Below, piece after piece: positions 60,264 through 64,000 of a stretch of 64,000 nucleotides of DNA. Position numbers and translations under genes: made by a program. Position 1 is the first letter of the stretch, and each line of letters starts with the position of its first letter. Source of the stretch: Neoconidiobolus thromboides FSU 785 (lineage: Eukaryota > Fungi > Entomophthoromycota); assembly GCA_025603075.1 (NCBI GenBank), contig MU626258.1, positions 135,457-199,456 of the forward strand. The letters are read 5' to 3'. Under the pieces are notes generated by a model. That model was not told the origin of the DNA. It saw nothing but the letters and a program-made list of their open reading frames with translations, and made no database searches.

Positions 60264-60317
60264 TGATTGGTTGAAATCTCAATTTACGTCAAACTAAGAT
60301 AAAAAGTGGGTATAAAA
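60264..60317 (+). promoter_or_regulatory. Putative hmgA core promoter: inverted CCAAT box, CRE-like TTACGTCA, TATA box
   Basis: TGATTGGTT at 60264, TTACGTCA at 60284 and TATAAAA at 60311; the ATG is at 60370. Confidence 0.5.
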
Positions 60318-60369
60318 AGACAAGTTTAGTACATCACATACGAAAAAATCCATTTTCAAAAAAATAAAG

Positions 60370-62066
60370 ATGAGTGACAATTATAAATATCAACCCGGTT
60401 TTGGTAACCATTTTGTAAGTGAAGCATTACCCGATGCTTTACCTAAAGGAAAAAATAGTCCACAAAATTGCCCTTATAATTTATATGCTGAACAATTATC
60501 AGGTACTGCATTTACTGTAGATAGAGCTGGAAATCAAAGAAGGTAAAATCAAGAATTTCAATTTTAAATGTTAAAAATAAAAAAACCATTTCATTTTTTA
60601 AATACTAGAAAATTAATTCTTTTGTCTTTATTAGTTGGTTATATCGTATCAAACCTTCTGCTGTCCATAAACCCTTTGTTAAAGTAGAAGACAAAAAATT
60701 AGTCGGTACTTTTTCAGATGAATCCAAGTTACATATTACTCCTAATCAATTAAGATGGAAACCATTTATTATACCTGAAAATGAAGAATTAGATTTTATT
60801 GATGGATTGCATACAGTCTGTGGTGCTGGCGATCCAGTAATTAGAGATGGTTTAGCTATTCATGTTTATCTTTGTAATAAAGATATGAAAAATAAAGCAT
60901 TTTATTCCGCTGATGGTGATATGTTAATTGTTCCCCAACACGGTTCTTTAGACATTCAAACTGAATTTGGTAAAATGTTGGTTAATAGCAATGAAATTTG
61001 TGTCATTCAAAGAGGTATTAAATTTAAGGTCATTCTTCCTGATGGCCCAAGGTAAATATATTATAATTGATTAAGTTTTTATTTATCTTTAAATTAGTCG
61101 TGGTTATATTTGTGAAGTTTATGGACGTCATTATGAATTACCCGACCTTGGTCCAATTGGTAACTTTAATTTGGTATTATAATAAAAAGAATTTAATTTA
61201 ATTATAATAATTAGGTGCTAATGGATTAGCTAATCCAAGAGATTTTGAAACTCCAGTTGCCCATTATGAAGATCTCGATGAAAAATGGGAAGTTTTTAAT
61301 AAATTCCAGGGGACTTTATTTAAATGCGAACAAGTAAATAATAACAATATAAAAAGAAATTAAAGATTGATTTTTATTTTAATTTAGGATCATTCCCCCT
61401 TTGATGTAGTAGCATGGCATGGAAATTATGCTCCTTATAAATATAATTTAGCTAACTTTAATACAATTAATACTGTTAGTTTTGATCATCCAGTAAGATA
61501 GTCCTATCTCATTCATAATCAACTAATCTAATTAATATTTTACCTTTAGGATCCATCCATTTTCACAGTATTAACCTGTAAATCGGAATCCCCAGGAACC
61601 GCCATAGCTGATTTTGTTATCTTTCCGCCACGTTGGATGGTAGCTGAAGATACTTTCCGTCCTCCCTTTTTCCATCGTAATGTGATGAGTGAATTTATGG
61701 GTTTAATTAAAGGAGAATATGATGCTAAAGCTGATGGTTTCAGTCCAGGTGGTGCAAGGTAATTTATTTTATCTTATTAATGATTCCTTATAATAATAGA
61801 TTAATTAATCATAACTTCTATTCTTTTAATTTAGTTTACATAATTGCCTTACCGGTCATGGACCTGATGCTACTACGTTTGAAAAAGCTACTCAAGCTAA
61901 ATTAGAAGCTGTACGTATGCCTAATAATACTCAAGCATTTATGTTCGAATCCAGTTATATGTTACGTACTACTAAATGGGGTGTTGAACAAAGTCAAGTT
62001 TTAGATGATAATTATTATAAAGCTTGGTTAGGGATTCAAAAAGTATTTACGCCAAATCAAATTTAA
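60370..62066 (+). CDS. hmgA: Homogentisate 1,2-dioxygenase (7 exons)
   Basis: Contains [97 protein letters not shown] and HGPD. Confidence 0.96.
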
Positions 62067-62167
62067 ATAGGAAAGCAAGATGAGCGTTGGGTTTAACTTT
62101 TATTAAATAAAATATTTTTTTATAACTTTAATTATTTTGATAGATGAATAAATTGAATTAACTTTTT

Positions 62168-63695
62168 TTATGTTGATAATAAACATAATAATGATAATAA
62201 TTGAATATAAACTTTTATAGGGAAGGTAGGAAGGAACTAAATATAAAAAGGTTAAAGTTAGTTAACTATATTATAACACAAATAAAAAATATTAATATTA
62301 ATATTTCAATATCCTTATAGATTATATTAATTTTAAAATTACCTTAATTTTCCCTACTGCTTGAATAATAAAACAAGGGGAAGCAAAACGATTAATAATT
62401 AAATCATTTAAATAAATTCCAATACAAGTTTTAAAATGACAATTTATCCTTTCTAATAACTCAAGACTTATTAATTTAGGCTCTTTTTTATAAGTTGGAA
62501 TTTCATAATATCTAAAAATTAAAAATTAAAATGAATTAATTTCAATTAAATATAGTTAATTAAATAAACTTTTGTTTCAAAAATTCTAAAAATATCTTAC
62601 ATTTGTCTCCAAATGGTAGATAAATCCAACCATGGAATACTCAGTGATACAAAATTAATCCCTTGCTTTCCTTCTCCTTCATTAAAATACTTGTTTGGAA
62701 ATTCAAACTTAAATTCGGCAGGTAGAAGCTTCTTATCTCGATTATAATGATTGAAATCTTTTAATACAACTTCCATAACTAATTGAATCACTTGATTTAA
62801 TTGATAAGGTGCGAGAGAAAATTGGTGGATTCTACAAAGGTTTGAGGATTCAAGATGCCGAAGACATAATGATTGAAGGTGGGTATTACCTTTGCTTAGG
62901 ACGAGATGATATTGAGGAAGAGGTTGGGCTAAAATTAAGAGAAGATTTAATGAAATTAGTAAAATAAAATAAAAATGATAAAAATAATAATAAAAATAAA
63001 AATAATAAAAATAAAAATAATAAAAATAATAAAAATAACTTACATTTAGTTAATCGAGTAACAACAACAATATTAACTTTCATCTCTTTTTCATTATTTG
63101 TATCTTCTTTAATTCCTGATTTATTACTAGTTTCATAAATACTTGAGAATAAATTAGATGTGGTATTCACTTGTTGTTGGGCATTGTTATTTGCTTCTAA
63201 GATTAATTTATTGGGTTTAAATAGTAGATCATAACCACAAAGGAGGAGATATTTATCTAAAAAATAATAATAAAACTTAATGATTCTTAATTCTATTGTT
63301 ACTCAAAGTAAATTTATTTGATGATAGATAACCATTATATTATATTGATTAAATAATCAAACAAAAATATTTAAAAAAACTTTACCTTGTTCATTGCTAT
63401 AGCTTTTGGACCATGTTTTAATTTCTTCAAGTCGAATACTACCATCATATAATTGTTCTGTACTTAGATTTACACTATTAAATAGACTGGTTTGTAAACA
63501 AGGTAACTCTAAAGTGAGATAAGTTTGAAATACCGGAATAGTAGTTTCTAATTTTGATTGAATAAAAGATTCTATTGTAGATTCTAATCGATGCTTATTA
63601 GACGCAGTGAATATTGTCTCTAATTCATTGGTGAAATAACAAGTTAATGGTGAACTTCGATATAGATTATATGTTTTATTAAATAAGAATTCCAT
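62168..63695 (-). CDS. CENPL: Kinetochore protein CENP-L/Fta1-like (multi-exon)
   Basis: N-terminal LFNKTYNLYRSSPL, VSLSIPWLDL, and C-terminal IYLNDLIINRFASPCFIIQAVGKIK|F match the CENP-L/Fta1 pattern. The terminal exons were read by hand. Confidence 0.65.
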
Positions 63696-64000
63696 AAATT
63701 GAGTTTTAAAAGTTATTAAAAAATATAAAAAAATTAGGATTTTTTTTGCAAATTTTGTTTGATTTTGAAGTTGGGATCATCATATTTTTTTGTTCCCTTT
63801 TTTTCAAAATATTCAATGTCTATTCGTAAAAAAAAACTTAATGTCCTATCAACTACAACACAAAATCCCTCAAAACTCAATCATTCTTTCAATCTCAACA
63901 CTCTATTTTCAACTCCAATATCATTACTACCTTTATTCTTAATATTGTTATTTGTTAGAGTTACTTCTGTATTTTATTCCACAATACAAGATTGTGATGA

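Overview
Very AT-rich, intron-rich eukaryotic DNA with short GT-AG introns of about 45-70 bp. By gene content it is most likely an early-diverging fungus such as an entomophthoralean Conidiobolus relative (inference). About 21 protein-coding genes can be supported: MetR/Zip1-type bZIP, GCK-III STE20 kinase, two DGAT2-family acyltransferases (plus one pseudogene), three membrane-anchored GH5 exo-beta-1,3-glucanases, a class-A-like 7TM receptor, CLU1, SPF30, MED21, NDUFA4-like, an F-box-like orphan, a PACT-domain spindle-pole protein, ATG29-like, NDUFAF3, RAD7, PIB1-like FYVE-RING, a C2H2 zinc finger, ECL1-like, hmgA and CENP-L/Fta1. Several of these are absent from, or mis-framed in, the ORF track and were read by hand. 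The most striking non-genic signals are two. (1) A ~98-bp MITE family present in 19 copies, with GGGGATGT(A/T)TTTTT terminal inverted repeats and 4-bp, mostly AWWT, target-site duplications. (2) A nested stack at 57.5-58.6 kb, where a ~460-bp TGTGAAAT...ATTTCACA element (solo-LTR-like) has a second copy of itself inserted into it in inverted orientation, with two MITE copies added. Also notable is a 127-bp perfectly identical tract between the divergent, head-to-head GH5 paralogs. All alignments and counts were made by eye, and no database search was run.
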